From the IMG/VR virus record IMGVR_UViG_3300005739_000025: a stretch of 64,000 nucleotides of DNA; one strand, given 5' to 3'. Both the position numbers and the translations under genes were made by a program. Source of the stretch: a virus. Taxonomy: Duplodnaviria; Caudoviricetes. Positions 17,778 through 27,152 of the stretch are shown here, one piece after another (position 1 is the first letter of the stretch; the number at the start of each line of letters is the position of its first letter). The notes below the pieces were generated by a model. That model did no database searches, had not been told where the DNA came from, and worked only from the letters and a program-made list of their open reading frames with translations.

Positions 17778-18368
17778 ATGGAACGTTCTGAATTACAAAC
17801 AAGACTTAAAAATGAAACTAAAGGTATACATGATCTGGCAGAAAATATGACAGTAATGAAATCTTTTATTGATGGATCATTTAAGCTAAGACATCTTCTA
17901 CAATATTTGATTAATGTAAAGCCTCTTTATGATGTTGTTGAACAAAGATTATTACAACCTTATATTTTAAAAAATTCTGATTTAAAAAGAACCGATAAAA
18001 TACAACAGGATATTGACTCTATAGTAAAACATTTTAGATCTATTGGTGATGATTTGGGACATATGCTTACACCTTTAGAGGTTACAGATCTGTGGGTAGG
18101 TTGGTGTTGGAGTAAACCAAAAGATTTATTGAAGGCCGATCTATATACGCGTTGGCTAGCAGATATGTACGGAGGTCGCATTATGGCTAAAAATATGGGG
18201 ATATTTGCTGAGTCTTTAAAATTTAATGATACAGCTAAAGCTATAGAAGATGTTAGGTCGATAATAGATGAGAAAAATAAAGATGTAGACAATAACGATA
18301 TTATTGAAGAGACCATGAAAGTTTTTGAATATCATACTGATTTGTTTACTATTTTAGAAAATGAATAG
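17778..18368 (+). CDS. hemO: heme oxygenase
   Basis: LKNETKGIHDLAE (proximal His helix), RTDKIQQD, and YTRWLADMYGG (distal helix, compare YTRYLGDLSGG). Confidence 0.85.
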   Translation: MERSELQTRLKNETKGIHDLAENMTVMKSFIDGSFKLRHLLQYLINVKPLYDVVEQRLLQPYILKNSDLKRTDKIQQDIDSIVKHFRSIGDDLGHMLTPLEVTDLWVGWCWSKPKDLLKADLYTRWLADMYGGRIMAKNMGIFAESLKFNDTAKAIEDVRSIIDEKNKDVDNNDIIEETMKVFEYHTDLFTILENE

Positions 18369-19023
18369 TCACTTAATAATACAAAATTATTTTAACGAAC
18401 TATCATCACTCTTTAAAGAGTATTATGGAGATCCAGACGCTAAAACACTACCATTTCAAAAAGATATACACTCTTGGTTAAATTATTTTTATAAATCTCC
18501 TATTTTTAGACATATTCATTTAGAATATTATAAAACAGATAAAATTTGTGTACTCCACTCTAATATATTTCCAAACCCATTAGTAGATTTACCAATTATG
18601 GGGTTTGATCTTATAGCTTTGGGTGATAAAATTTCGGGATTATTCTTCGACTTTACCCCTACGGTAACTGAATCTCATGCTCTAAGACATAGTTTAGAGA
18701 ATTTAAATGAAAGATATAAATCTAAAAAACGCCTATTACCTGAATGGGCAACCTTTTTTAGTGATGATTTTTATTGCGTTACTCCTGAACCTAATGAAAT
18801 GGATAGGATCTTTAAAGATATAAAATTTTATATTAAACATTATCTTGAATTTGGTAGAGGTAAATTAGAAGAATATACATTTAATATAGCTATACAAAAC
18901 GGTTATTGTAAGGGTCAACAAAAAAATGATAAAACATTTAAAGCGCTTTCTGCGGAAATAGGAAGTAAAGATGCTAAAAAATTTCTTACTAAATATCTTT
19001 TTCCGAAAATTGCAATTAAGTAA
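18361..19023 (+). CDS. pcyA: ferredoxin-dependent bilin reductase (PcyA/PcyX family)
   Basis: FRHIHLE, VLHSNIFP..DLPIMGFD, FFDFTP, LPEWATFFS, YCKGQQKNDKT..L...G and YLFP; follows the heme oxygenase with an 8-nt overlap. Confidence 0.85.
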   Translation: MNSHLIIQNYFNELSSLFKEYYGDPDAKTLPFQKDIHSWLNYFYKSPIFRHIHLEYYKTDKICVLHSNIFPNPLVDLPIMGFDLIALGDKISGLFFDFTPTVTESHALRHSLENLNERYKSKKRLLPEWATFFSDDFYCVTPEPNEMDRIFKDIKFYIKHYLEFGRGKLEEYTFNIAIQNGYCKGQQKNDKTFKALSAEIGSKDAKKFLTKYLFPKIAIK

Positions 19024-19043
19024 ACGTACTATAAAATACATAG

Positions 19044-19700
19044 ATGTGTGGTATATATGGAGCAAATGATAGAGAAAAATTTCTTACTCTACAAAAATTA
19101 AATACAGAACGAGGAGATTTTTGCGAAAGTAGCGTATTAGTCACAAAAGACGGGTTTGAAATACATAAGGTTCCAAAAAAAGCTAAAAAAAATTATAAGT
19201 TTCCAAAAAGAAAAAAATTTGATTTGTATCTAGGACACTCCCAGGCCCCAACTTCCACTAAAAGATTATTTAACCCAGAAACATCTCATCCATTTACTGT
19301 TGAAAATTGGGTAGTAGCTCATAATGGAGTATTAACAAATTACAAAGAGCTTGTTAATCAATTTCAAAGACCATACAACAACCCGGTAGATAGCAGTATT
19401 ATACCCTATCTTATGTACAAAATGAGTGAACTTTCATCTAACGAAATAGAAATTATAGTTAATTCGTTAGAGTTTTTAAAAGGTACGTTTGGTGTTTGGA
19501 TACATAACGCATTTACAGGTAACACATTTTTAGCTAAATGTGGGGTAACATTATTTGCAGATATATATGATAATTGTTTTAGCTCAGTAAGTTACAAGTT
19601 TTTTGACCCTTTAGAGGAAGGAACACTATACCAACTAACAAGTGAAGGAATCACTAGTGTCGCAACATTTGATTGTGATAGTCCGTTCTTTACTGTTTAG
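19044..19700 (+). CDS. class II (Ntn) glutamine amidotransferase-like protein
   Basis: N-terminal MCGIYG, GHS, HPF, HNGVLTN, VDS, GTF. Confidence 0.85.
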   Translation: MCGIYGANDREKFLTLQKLNTERGDFCESSVLVTKDGFEIHKVPKKAKKNYKFPKRKKFDLYLGHSQAPTSTKRLFNPETSHPFTVENWVVAHNGVLTNYKELVNQFQRPYNNPVDSSIIPYLMYKMSELSSNEIEIIVNSLEFLKGTFGVWIHNAFTGNTFLAKCGVTLFADIYDNCFSSVSYKFFDPLEEGTLYQLTSEGITSVATFDCDSPFFTV

Positions 19701-20548
19701 TCCCAAGGCATATCACCTTTAGATCTACCAATATAAACACCACCGTAAGGGTCTTTATCAAAATCTTCCACGTCTTCAGGGTCATAACCAGAAGTTACCT
19801 CACCAGTACCTTCACCTTCATTTTCCTCTTTCTCTTTTGTCTCTTCTGGATCTACAGCTTCGTAGTTACCACCGTCGGTTTTTTGTAAATAACCTGTTCG
19901 AATAAGAGAAGAAATGTTTATTTTTGCTTCTGACTCTTCCATATCAGGGTTATCCCCTATCATCATTCTAGTTAATTCTTCTCTAGAATATCCACCTTCA
20001 CCTAAAATTCTTTCCCAGAATCTTTTCATTACTGGATCATCTATACCCGCACCAGCGTTTGTTTGTTTTGATGTTTCTGACGATGGCTCTTCTTTGTCTA
20101 GCTTATCTGCATTTTTTAAAGTGTAATTTGTTAACTTTTCTACACCTTTTTGTGATGGTTTTTTATCCATAACAACCCCATCTCTTTCGTCTTTAAGTAC
20201 CCCTGCTGCTTTTAAAGCATTGTATAATACTCTAGCTGAGTATTTTGAATTAGTGTTATTGATAGATGGTTTAATTTCTCTAATAACTGGAGCCAACTCC
20301 ATTTCATAAAAGTCCTTATATAGTTTTGGGGACTTTCCACCCTTAGCTTTAAATGTGGATAAGAATTTTGAAAATACTTGCGATGTTTCTTCAGGTGTTA
20401 AGTCGTATTTACCTTTAGCTAATTCTGGAAACTCAGCTTTTACCTCTTCCCCTGATCCTGAATAGTCACCCATCTCTACAGGTGCTAGTTCGTTTAATAC
20501 GTTTTTCTTTTTATAAGCTTCAAAAATTAGATATGAGTCTTTGTCCAT
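19697..20548 (-). CDS. late protein with capsid-targeting-like leader and possible winged-helix domains
   Basis: TATAAATA 5 nt upstream; leader ...LIFEAYKKKNVLNE; helix-helix-helix-beta hairpin pattern (NISSLIRTGYLQKTDGGNYEAV). Confidence 0.5.
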   Translation of the reverse strand: MDKDSYLIFEAYKKKNVLNELAPVEMGDYSGSGEEVKAEFPELAKGKYDLTPEETSQVFSKFLSTFKAKGGKSPKLYKDFYEMELAPVIREIKPSINNTNSKYSARVLYNALKAAGVLKDERDGVVMDKKPSQKGVEKLTNYTLKNADKLDKEEPSSETSKQTNAGAGIDDPVMKRFWERILGEGGYSREELTRMMIGDNPDMEESEAKINISSLIRTGYLQKTDGGNYEAVDPEETKEKEENEGEGTGEVTSGYDPEDVEDFDKDPYGGVYIGRSKGDMPWD

Positions 20549-20576
20549 TTGATTATTTATATTTTAGACATATAAT
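20549..20576. promoter_or_regulatory. plus-strand TTGATT-N16-TATAAT overlapping a minus-strand late TAAATA (20554-20559)
   Basis: Motifs read directly; they lie 8 nt and 5 nt from their ATGs. Confidence 0.65.
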
Positions 20577-20584
20577 ATACAGAA

Positions 20585-21244
20585 ATGGATACGGTAATTT
20601 GTAGTTTAACGAGAAATAAGGATAGATCCAATACAATATTATGGAGATCGTTGCAGAAAATAGGCGAGATTAAAATTAATATAGAAGATAACAACACTAA
20701 AAAAGGTTTAAGTCAGTACTATAATGAGTGTATCGAAAAATTTAAAGATAGTGATTGTATAGTTTTCGTTCATGATGATGTTGATATTATTAGTTCTGAT
20801 CTTTTATATCAACTCCGGGAAGGTTTTAAACGTTTTGATGTTATTGGTGTCGCTGGGTGTGTTAATCCTAAAATTTTAGATAGAAATTTATGGCATTGGA
20901 TGGCCGGAGATAGATCAAACTGCCGTGGAATAGCCGGGCACCCATATAGTGATTCTGAATTTTTCGTAACATCTTTCGGTCCTACACCTTCTAGAGTAGT
21001 AATTATAGATGGAGTTTTAATGGCAATTAAAACTAAAAAGATTTACAATTCCGGAATACGATTTGACGAACAGTTTAGATTTCATCATTATGATATAGAT
21101 TTTAGCTTGACCTGTAACACTAAAAAAGCTAAAATAGGGGTCTGGCCAATACTTATAAACCACCAATCACCTGGGCTAAAGGATTTTGACACAACATGGA
21201 ACGAAAGTAATCAAAAATTTATAGACAAATGGAAAAACAAATAG
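20585..21244 (+). CDS. GT-A fold glycosyltransferase (family 2-like)
   Basis: YNECI, FVHDDV (DxD-like), GVAG, IDGVLMA, FHHYDIDFSL, HQSPG. Confidence 0.8.
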   Translation: MDTVICSLTRNKDRSNTILWRSLQKIGEIKINIEDNNTKKGLSQYYNECIEKFKDSDCIVFVHDDVDIISSDLLYQLREGFKRFDVIGVAGCVNPKILDRNLWHWMAGDRSNCRGIAGHPYSDSEFFVTSFGPTPSRVVIIDGVLMAIKTKKIYNSGIRFDEQFRFHHYDIDFSLTCNTKKAKIGVWPILINHQSPGLKDFDTTWNESNQKFIDKWKNK

Positions 21245-22554
21245 ACCAAGACCTTTACGAGTATATTATCTTCTATAATTGTCTTGTAGATAAAACGTAT
21301 CTCTCTAGTATTAGTGATTACGTCAAACCCAGCATTTTTAAAAATAAAGATATTAAAGCTGTAATAGGTATTATTCTAGACTTCTTTAAAAAGAACGGCA
21401 ACTTACCCACAAACACTGAAATAAAGGTTTACCTCACTGACGATGCTCTTAAACAAAGCTTTAAAGCTGTACTCACTAAGCTTGTAGATATAGATAAAAA
21501 GTTTGATAAAGAAGAACTTTATAAAAATACTGAAACTTTTCTTAAGGAAAGGCACGTCTTTAATACATTATTACAAGCCGCTGAACATTTAGATTCCAAA
21601 AATTTAGATACACACAAGCTTTTAGCTAAGATTGAACACGCTGTTAATATAGATCTATCTACAAACTATGGTACAAACCTACTAATAGATATAGATAACT
21701 TTTTAACAGAGTTAAACAGAGATGAACCAGTTATACCTACCGGTTGGAAGTGGATGGATAATAAGCTTGATGGAGGTTTTTTAGAGAAAGGTCGAGCGCT
21801 TTATCTGTTTATGGGCGAAACTAACGTGGGCAAGAGTATCTTTTTAGGTAATATTGCTACGAACATAGCATTACAAGGTAAAAAAGTCTTGCTACTTACA
21901 TTTGAAATGTCGGAAGTAATGTATTCAAAGAGGCTGGCATCTTCTATTACCAAGATTCCTATGTCAGATCTCAGAAAAGATCAACAAACACTTAAACAAT
22001 TACTTGTTGAGACAAGAGAACAAAAGAAAAATTCTGCCATATTAATTAAAGAATTTCCCCCTTCAACAGTTTCCCCCGGACAAGTTAGTGCATTTATTAA
22101 AAAACTTATTCAATCAGGCTTTCAACCTGATGCTATAGTTTTAGATTATTTAAATCTACTTAATTCACCTCATGGTATTAACAGTTATGAGAGGGTTAAA
22201 TACATTGCTGAAAAAGTTAGGGCTATGAGCTATGAATTTAATTGTCCTATTATTAGCGCTACACAGGTTAATAGATCAGGCTTTAATGTTGATCAACCTG
22301 GTTTAGAAACAATATCAGAAAGTACTGGTCTTGCTGCTACAGCAGATGCAATATTTACAATATGGCAGAAAGACGAGGATAAAGAGATGGGAATAGTTAA
22401 TCTTGGTTGTGTTAAGAATAGATTTGGTCCTAATTTTGGTAATACAGTATTAAGAGTAGACTATTATACACTATCTCTTAAGGAAGACGAAATGATTTCC
22501 GGTACCGATGAAGCGCTGGACTTCTCAAAATCTATAAACGCTTTAGTTGAATGA
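21229..22554 (+). CDS. gp41: replicative DnaB-like helicase gp41
   Basis: PTGW..D..LDGG, GETNVGKS, FEMSE, LDYLN, ATQVNR, ISES, KNRFG. Confidence 0.93.
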   Translation: MEKQIDQDLYEYIIFYNCLVDKTYLSSISDYVKPSIFKNKDIKAVIGIILDFFKKNGNLPTNTEIKVYLTDDALKQSFKAVLTKLVDIDKKFDKEELYKNTETFLKERHVFNTLLQAAEHLDSKNLDTHKLLAKIEHAVNIDLSTNYGTNLLIDIDNFLTELNRDEPVIPTGWKWMDNKLDGGFLEKGRALYLFMGETNVGKSIFLGNIATNIALQGKKVLLLTFEMSEVMYSKRLASSITKIPMSDLRKDQQTLKQLLVETREQKKNSAILIKEFPPSTVSPGQVSAFIKKLIQSGFQPDAIVLDYLNLLNSPHGINSYERVKYIAEKVRAMSYEFNCPIISATQVNRSGFNVDQPGLETISESTGLAATADAIFTIWQKDEDKEMGIVNLGCVKNRFGPNFGNTVLRVDYYTLSLKEDEMISGTDEALDFSKSINALVE

Positions 22555-22581
22555 TTTTAATATTGGAATATATATTATACA

Positions 22582-23472
22582 GTGAATGCTAATTATATAC
22601 ACGTTTTTACAGATGCAGATCTAGATGGTGCCATAAGCTACTTAACACTTTGTTGGTTTATTGGGAAGGATTTGCCTGTAACAGCAACCACAGAAAAAGC
22701 TTTTGGAGAAGATTTTAAGAAATTTTCTCTTAGCAATGACATAAACAATTATACAAGAATTTATGTTCTTGATATAGACATTTGTAGTTACGCATCTCAA
22801 TTAGATAGACCTAATTTTAGTTTAGTCGATCACCATTTAGGTAGTATTGAATGTGGGTATAATTTTAAACACGCAAGACACAAGATAGAGGACAGTGGTA
22901 GTACATGTAAGCTTTTATACAACGTATTAAAAAATCATTATAATAAGGATATTGATGCATCTAAAAAACTATTAGTGTCTATTGGTCATGATTATGATAG
23001 CTACACATTAAAAAATAGAGAGCTCTCTATTGGGTTAAATATGTTGTTTTGGAACTTGCAAGGCAATAGACTAGAAAAATTTAAAGAGAGATATAAAAAC
23101 GGTTTTAAAGAATTTACCAACGAAGATTTAAAAATAATTTCTTTTTATAAAAATAAAATTAATAAACATTTACAAGATAATCATATTTTTTCTGGTGTGA
23201 TTCCTATGGGCGGAAAAAATGTAAAGGTTTCATCTGTATTTGCAGACTTTTGTATCAATGAAGTTGCACAAGAAGTTCTTACAAGAACAAATAGCGAAGT
23301 TGCAATTATAGTTAATCCAAAAACTGAATCAGTATCTTTTAGAAAAGCTTCGGGGTCTGATTTAAATGTGGCTAAGCTTGCGGCAAAAATAGCTGACGGT
23401 GGTGGTCATCCAAGTGCTGCTGGGGGTAAAATAACAGAAAGCTTTATGGAGTTCACAAAATTACTAAAATGA
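22582..23472 (+). CDS. DHH-family phosphoesterase
   Basis: DADLDG, LDI, VDHH, and DHHA1 GGGHPSAAGG. Confidence 0.88.
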   Translation: MNANYIHVFTDADLDGAISYLTLCWFIGKDLPVTATTEKAFGEDFKKFSLSNDINNYTRIYVLDIDICSYASQLDRPNFSLVDHHLGSIECGYNFKHARHKIEDSGSTCKLLYNVLKNHYNKDIDASKKLLVSIGHDYDSYTLKNRELSIGLNMLFWNLQGNRLEKFKERYKNGFKEFTNEDLKIISFYKNKINKHLQDNHIFSGVIPMGGKNVKVSSVFADFCINEVAQEVLTRTNSEVAIIVNPKTESVSFRKASGSDLNVAKLAAKIADGGGHPSAAGGKITESFMEFTKLLK

Positions 23473-23747
23473 TTAATAAAGAATTAGAATATAGAGAAAA
23501 TTTACACCTATTCAGAACCTTTTGTAGTTTCTTGTGTATTGTTTACAGTAAAAAATATAATATGGCAAACATATTGTTATTATATCTACAGAACAAAGGT
23601 GTGAGAGACCTATTTAAGGAGCTTTTATCTGTTAATACAGATTTTGAATCTATCAAAATATTTTTAGAATTTGACCCTACACTTTATAAAAGTAAGTATA
23701 TAATGAAGTATCTTAATAATTTTAAGAACAAAAGAATACTTCAATGA
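23469..23747 (+). CDS. hypothetical protein
   Basis: ORF overlapping both neighbours by 4 nt. Confidence 0.6.
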   Translation: MINKELEYRENLHLFRTFCSFLCIVYSKKYNMANILLLYLQNKGVRDLFKELLSVNTDFESIKIFLEFDPTLYKSKYIMKYLNNFKNKRILQ

Positions 23748-24421
23748 GAAATACTGATATAAAGCATATCTATAATACATTTCTAAGAATATCTCGACAA
23801 AAACAAAATAAGCCCTTTAAGCTTAGATCGAACTGGGATGATTTTGAAAAATCTGATTTTTACTTACCTGTTTTAAAACTTAAAAACTTTTTTGATAGAA
23901 ATTATACGGTTAATATAGAGGATTATTTTTTATCTCCTTATGAAGTTTATGAAGAAAAAACTTACTACGATTTAGACTTCTATAATACTTTATCAGCTGT
24001 GAAGGTTTATAATATTTTTTGTGGTAAGAAAAATCAGTTAGACGCTGATAATGAAATACAGGTAAATTCTATTCTAAGAGGTTTAAAATTTATAAAAAAA
24101 TTCTGTATTGAAAAAAATATAAGCCTGTCAGATTATTTAAATTATCTAGAACCTGGAGCTGTTGTTAACAGCTTTATTATTCACTTAAAAGAAAAAAATA
24201 TTAGCGTTTACAATCTTTTTACCTTTAAAGACTTTGACAAAATTTACTCCAGAAACGATTTTGATACTTTAAGATTCATATTGAACGATTTACCTTTAAA
24301 ACTGTCCATTTTAAGAGCTAAATTTTATAACTCTAAAAAAGGTAAAAGCATAGCTATTAACGGTTTAAAAATTATTGAAAAAGAAATTAACCAAAATCTT
24401 CTTGATAAATCGAAGAAATAG
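23744..24421 (+). CDS. probable helicase loader gp59-like
   Basis: Size and position directly upstream of gp32; helical, with a HLKEKNIS segment. Sequence similarity is weak. Confidence 0.45.
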   Translation: MRNTDIKHIYNTFLRISRQKQNKPFKLRSNWDDFEKSDFYLPVLKLKNFFDRNYTVNIEDYFLSPYEVYEEKTYYDLDFYNTLSAVKVYNIFCGKKNQLDADNEIQVNSILRGLKFIKKFCIEKNISLSDYLNYLEPGAVVNSFIIHLKEKNISVYNLFTFKDFDKIYSRNDFDTLRFILNDLPLKLSILRAKFYNSKKGKSIAINGLKIIEKEINQNLLDKSKK

Positions 24422-24429
24422 TATACATT
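24402..24429 (+). promoter_or_regulatory. sigma70-like promoter TTGATA-N16-TACATT
   Basis: 6 nt before the gp32 ATG. Confidence 0.5.
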
Positions 24430-24435
24430 TATAGT

Positions 24436-25296
24436 ATGAATAAATTCACTCCTTCAATGTTCGAAAGTATTAAAAATGCATTACAAAAAAATTCACAACA
24501 GTCTTCTTACAAAAACATTCTTAAGACAGAAGTGGGTAATTCTTATACCGTTAGACTTTTACCTAATGTAAAAGATCCTAGCAAGACTTTTTTCCACTTT
24601 TATTCTGTTGGTTGGACTTCTTTTGCTACTGGTCAGTATATTACATACTTGAGCCCATCTACTTTTGGTGAGCGTGACCCTGTCTTAGAAGCTAAGTATC
24701 GCATTCTTCGTAATGATAATGAAGACGAAGAGCTTAAGAAAAAAGCTAATGCTGTATTGCGTTCTGAAAAATGGCTAGTTAACGCCTATGTAGTTAAAGA
24801 TCCCAAGACTCCTGAGAACGATGGTAAGGTTATGATCGTTCGTTATGGTAAACAGCTTCAAAAGATTATTATGGATGCTATTGAAGGTGAGGGTTCTGAA
24901 GATTTCGGTCCAAGAATCTTTGATCTATCCTCCAACGGTTGTAACTTTGTTATCAAGGTTGAGAAGCAAGGCGATTATCCAACCTATGTTAGTAGTAAGT
25001 TTGGTATGCCTAAAGCTATTGAAGGTCTTGATGAAAGTAAGATCGAGTCAATCTATAACAGTACATCTGATTTGACCTCAGTACTTCCAGTTAAGAGCTT
25101 TGAAGAGATTCAAGGTCTTCTTAACGAACACTTCTATTGTAATGAAGATGTCCAAGAAAAAGTTACTTCGTCTGCTGTTGTTAGTACACCTTCAAAGACT
25201 ATGTCTGATTCCGTTACCGTTACTGACAGTTCTGATGAGTTGGTGGATGAAAATAAGGTCAACGAACTCCTTAAAGGGCTTGACGAATTAGTCTAA
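24436..25296 (+). CDS. gp32: single-stranded DNA-binding protein gp32
   Basis: VRLLP, NAYVVKDPKTPENDGKV, PRIFD, G.NF.IK, Y..SKF, acidic tail. Confidence 0.88.
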   Translation: MNKFTPSMFESIKNALQKNSQQSSYKNILKTEVGNSYTVRLLPNVKDPSKTFFHFYSVGWTSFATGQYITYLSPSTFGERDPVLEAKYRILRNDNEDEELKKKANAVLRSEKWLVNAYVVKDPKTPENDGKVMIVRYGKQLQKIIMDAIEGEGSEDFGPRIFDLSSNGCNFVIKVEKQGDYPTYVSSKFGMPKAIEGLDESKIESIYNSTSDLTSVLPVKSFEEIQGLLNEHFYCNEDVQEKVTSSAVVSTPSKTMSDSVTVTDSSDELVDENKVNELLKGLDELV

Positions 25297-25297
25297 T

Positions 25298-25777
25298 ATG
25301 GAAAATGATGTACTAGATGTAGGTTCATTGCCTACCGATCCTAGAGAAATGGCTCTAAGGTTGTTAGGTATGACTGCTGCGGAGCTAAAAAGTATAGATG
25401 AAAAAGTTGTATCTGGTAGAAACTCTGTTGGTGGGATTAGAACAGATATTAATAAAATTGTTCAAGATTTTAATAATATCAAACCTACAACTAATACAAT
25501 TCCTACACAGCAGGGTATATCAGCTCCTCCACAACCTGTTCAGGTAGTTCATCAACCTATAACACAACCAATATCTGCTCCTGCGGTTGTACAAGTAGAA
25601 GAGGAAAATAAAAATCAATTAGAATTTGACTTCTATAAGGCTATTAAACCAGAAGATCTAGAGTATAGATTGAGATTGATAGAGCAATCTCTTCAAGATA
25701 TAACTGGAAAAATAGATTTAGTGATTAATATTATAAAAAAAAATACTCAGGACCTAAATGGAAGTCACGACGAATAA
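25298..25777 (+). CDS. hypothetical protein with Pro/Gln linker
   Basis: ORF only. Confidence 0.55.
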   Translation: MENDVLDVGSLPTDPREMALRLLGMTAAELKSIDEKVVSGRNSVGGIRTDINKIVQDFNNIKPTTNTIPTQQGISAPPQPVQVVHQPITQPISAPAVVQVEEENKNQLEFDFYKAIKPEDLEYRLRLIEQSLQDITGKIDLVINIIKKNTQDLNGSHDE

Positions 25778-26492
25778 TAAATTTTTTAAGAAACTTTTTC
25801 TCGAACAAATAAGTAGAATTTCTGATAACGCGGTATTCGTACTAAGCAATAATTTGTTAGAGTGTAAAACTTGTACACCTGATAACTCTGTAATATTAGG
25901 CTTAAAGTTTAAAGTAATAACTAAAGATAATATTGATACTCCAATTACTATTAACGTAGGGGATATTAAAAAGTTAATACGTGCTTTTGATTGTATTGAA
26001 GATGAAAATATTACGTTTAAATTAGAAAATAACAATATCACTTACTCTGATAAAAATGTTAAATTTAAATACCATTTGCTAGAGAACGGTATTATTAATC
26101 AACCAAAAGTCAATCTTCAAAAACTTGATCAACTAGAGTTTGATGGTACATTTTCGTTGACAGATAAAACGCTAATCGATTTAATTAAAGCTAGTACTTT
26201 CTCTACAGATTCAAATAAAATTTATATCTCGTCTAATGAAAATTTATTGAAAGGTAATCTAACTGATAAAGCAAAATATAATGTGGATAGTTTTGAAATT
26301 AATGTATCAGATAATTATACAGGTAAATCAGTTGAAAATCTCTGCTTAAATTTTGAGGTATTTAGAATTCTTAGTACATCTAAAGTCAATAAGCTAGATT
26401 GTAAGATTTCTTCCAAAGTTGGAGTTGTTTTATTTAGTTTTGAGAATAATATAATTACATCAAAGTATATAGTATCAGCTCTAACAAAATGA
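25758..26492 (+). CDS. gp45: sliding clamp gp45-like
   Basis: About 240 aa with a two-domain PCNA-like beta/alpha pattern (INVGDIKKL, KFKYHL, KYIVS). Confidence 0.7.
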   Translation: MEVTTNNKFFKKLFLEQISRISDNAVFVLSNNLLECKTCTPDNSVILGLKFKVITKDNIDTPITINVGDIKKLIRAFDCIEDENITFKLENNNITYSDKNVKFKYHLLENGIINQPKVNLQKLDQLEFDGTFSLTDKTLIDLIKASTFSTDSNKIYISSNENLLKGNLTDKAKYNVDSFEINVSDNYTGKSVENLCLNFEVFRILSTSKVNKLDCKISSKVGVVLFSFENNIITSKYIVSALTK

Positions 26493-26878
26493 AAAAGCCT
26501 AAAAATACAATTAGAACACCATCTTACTTTTGCAAAAGACTAAAGGATAATAATTTTATTGTTTTTAAGGTTTTTAATAATTATGGTAAACACGATCCAA
26601 GAAGATGGACTGTGTTAGTTGATCCAGGTGGAGCCTCAGTGTTTATTACTTGTTACACAAACAAGGAATTCTCAGGGGATATTATGTTTGAATTTTCTGA
26701 TGGTGGTCAAAGATTTCCAAAAAACTACAGCCTCAAGACAGAAAGTATTGAAGTGGTTATAAGTCACTTGATTAATAGGGGAGTTAGTAACAATGCTAAG
26801 CAGTCTCCTTTGTATTTTTTACCTAAATACTTTAGTAGTAATGTCAGAGAAACCGAACAAGAAGTCAAAAATGGATAA
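26489..26878 (+). CDS. hypothetical protein
   Basis: ORF; RRWTVLVDPG and FEFSDGG segments. Confidence 0.6.
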   Translation: MKKPKNTIRTPSYFCKRLKDNNFIVFKVFNNYGKHDPRRWTVLVDPGGASVFITCYTNKEFSGDIMFEFSDGGQRFPKNYSLKTESIEVVISHLINRGVSNNAKQSPLYFLPKYFSSNVRETEQEVKNG

Positions 26879-27152
26879 GCTATCTGCTCCAGAAAAAGCT
26901 CACATTGAAGAACTGCTCAAAAGCGCAATGCAGGATTATGCAGTTCGTCAACACAAGTTTATAAAGGATAAAGAAGAGCTTGCCAAAAAGTTATCTAGCA
27001 TTATTTCAGAATATCTTGGCCCGTTCATGATTATTGGATATGACACAAAAGGCGAACCCTTTAATATTTTACACACCTCTTCACAATTAGATCTTGATGC
27101 TCTAATAACCGCAATAAATAAGTTCATATTTAATATTCATAACAACCAATGA
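26841..27152 (+). CDS. hypothetical protein (start reassigned to MSEKPNKK)
   Basis: The upstream extension in the ORF track overlaps the previous gene; CTAAATA lies 11 nt before ATG 26841. Confidence 0.5.
   Translation: MSEKPNKKSKMDKLSAPEKAHIEELLKSAMQDYAVRQHKFIKDKEELAKKLSSIISEYLGPFMIIGYDTKGEPFNILHTSSQLDLDALITAINKFIFNIHNNQ

Noticed and set aside
17778-19023. Calling the phage a cyanophage because of hemO-pcyA
   Set aside because: No photosystem, hli, cpeT or petF genes appear in the window, and bilin cassettes also occur in phages thought to infect non-phototrophs. The host remains unresolved.
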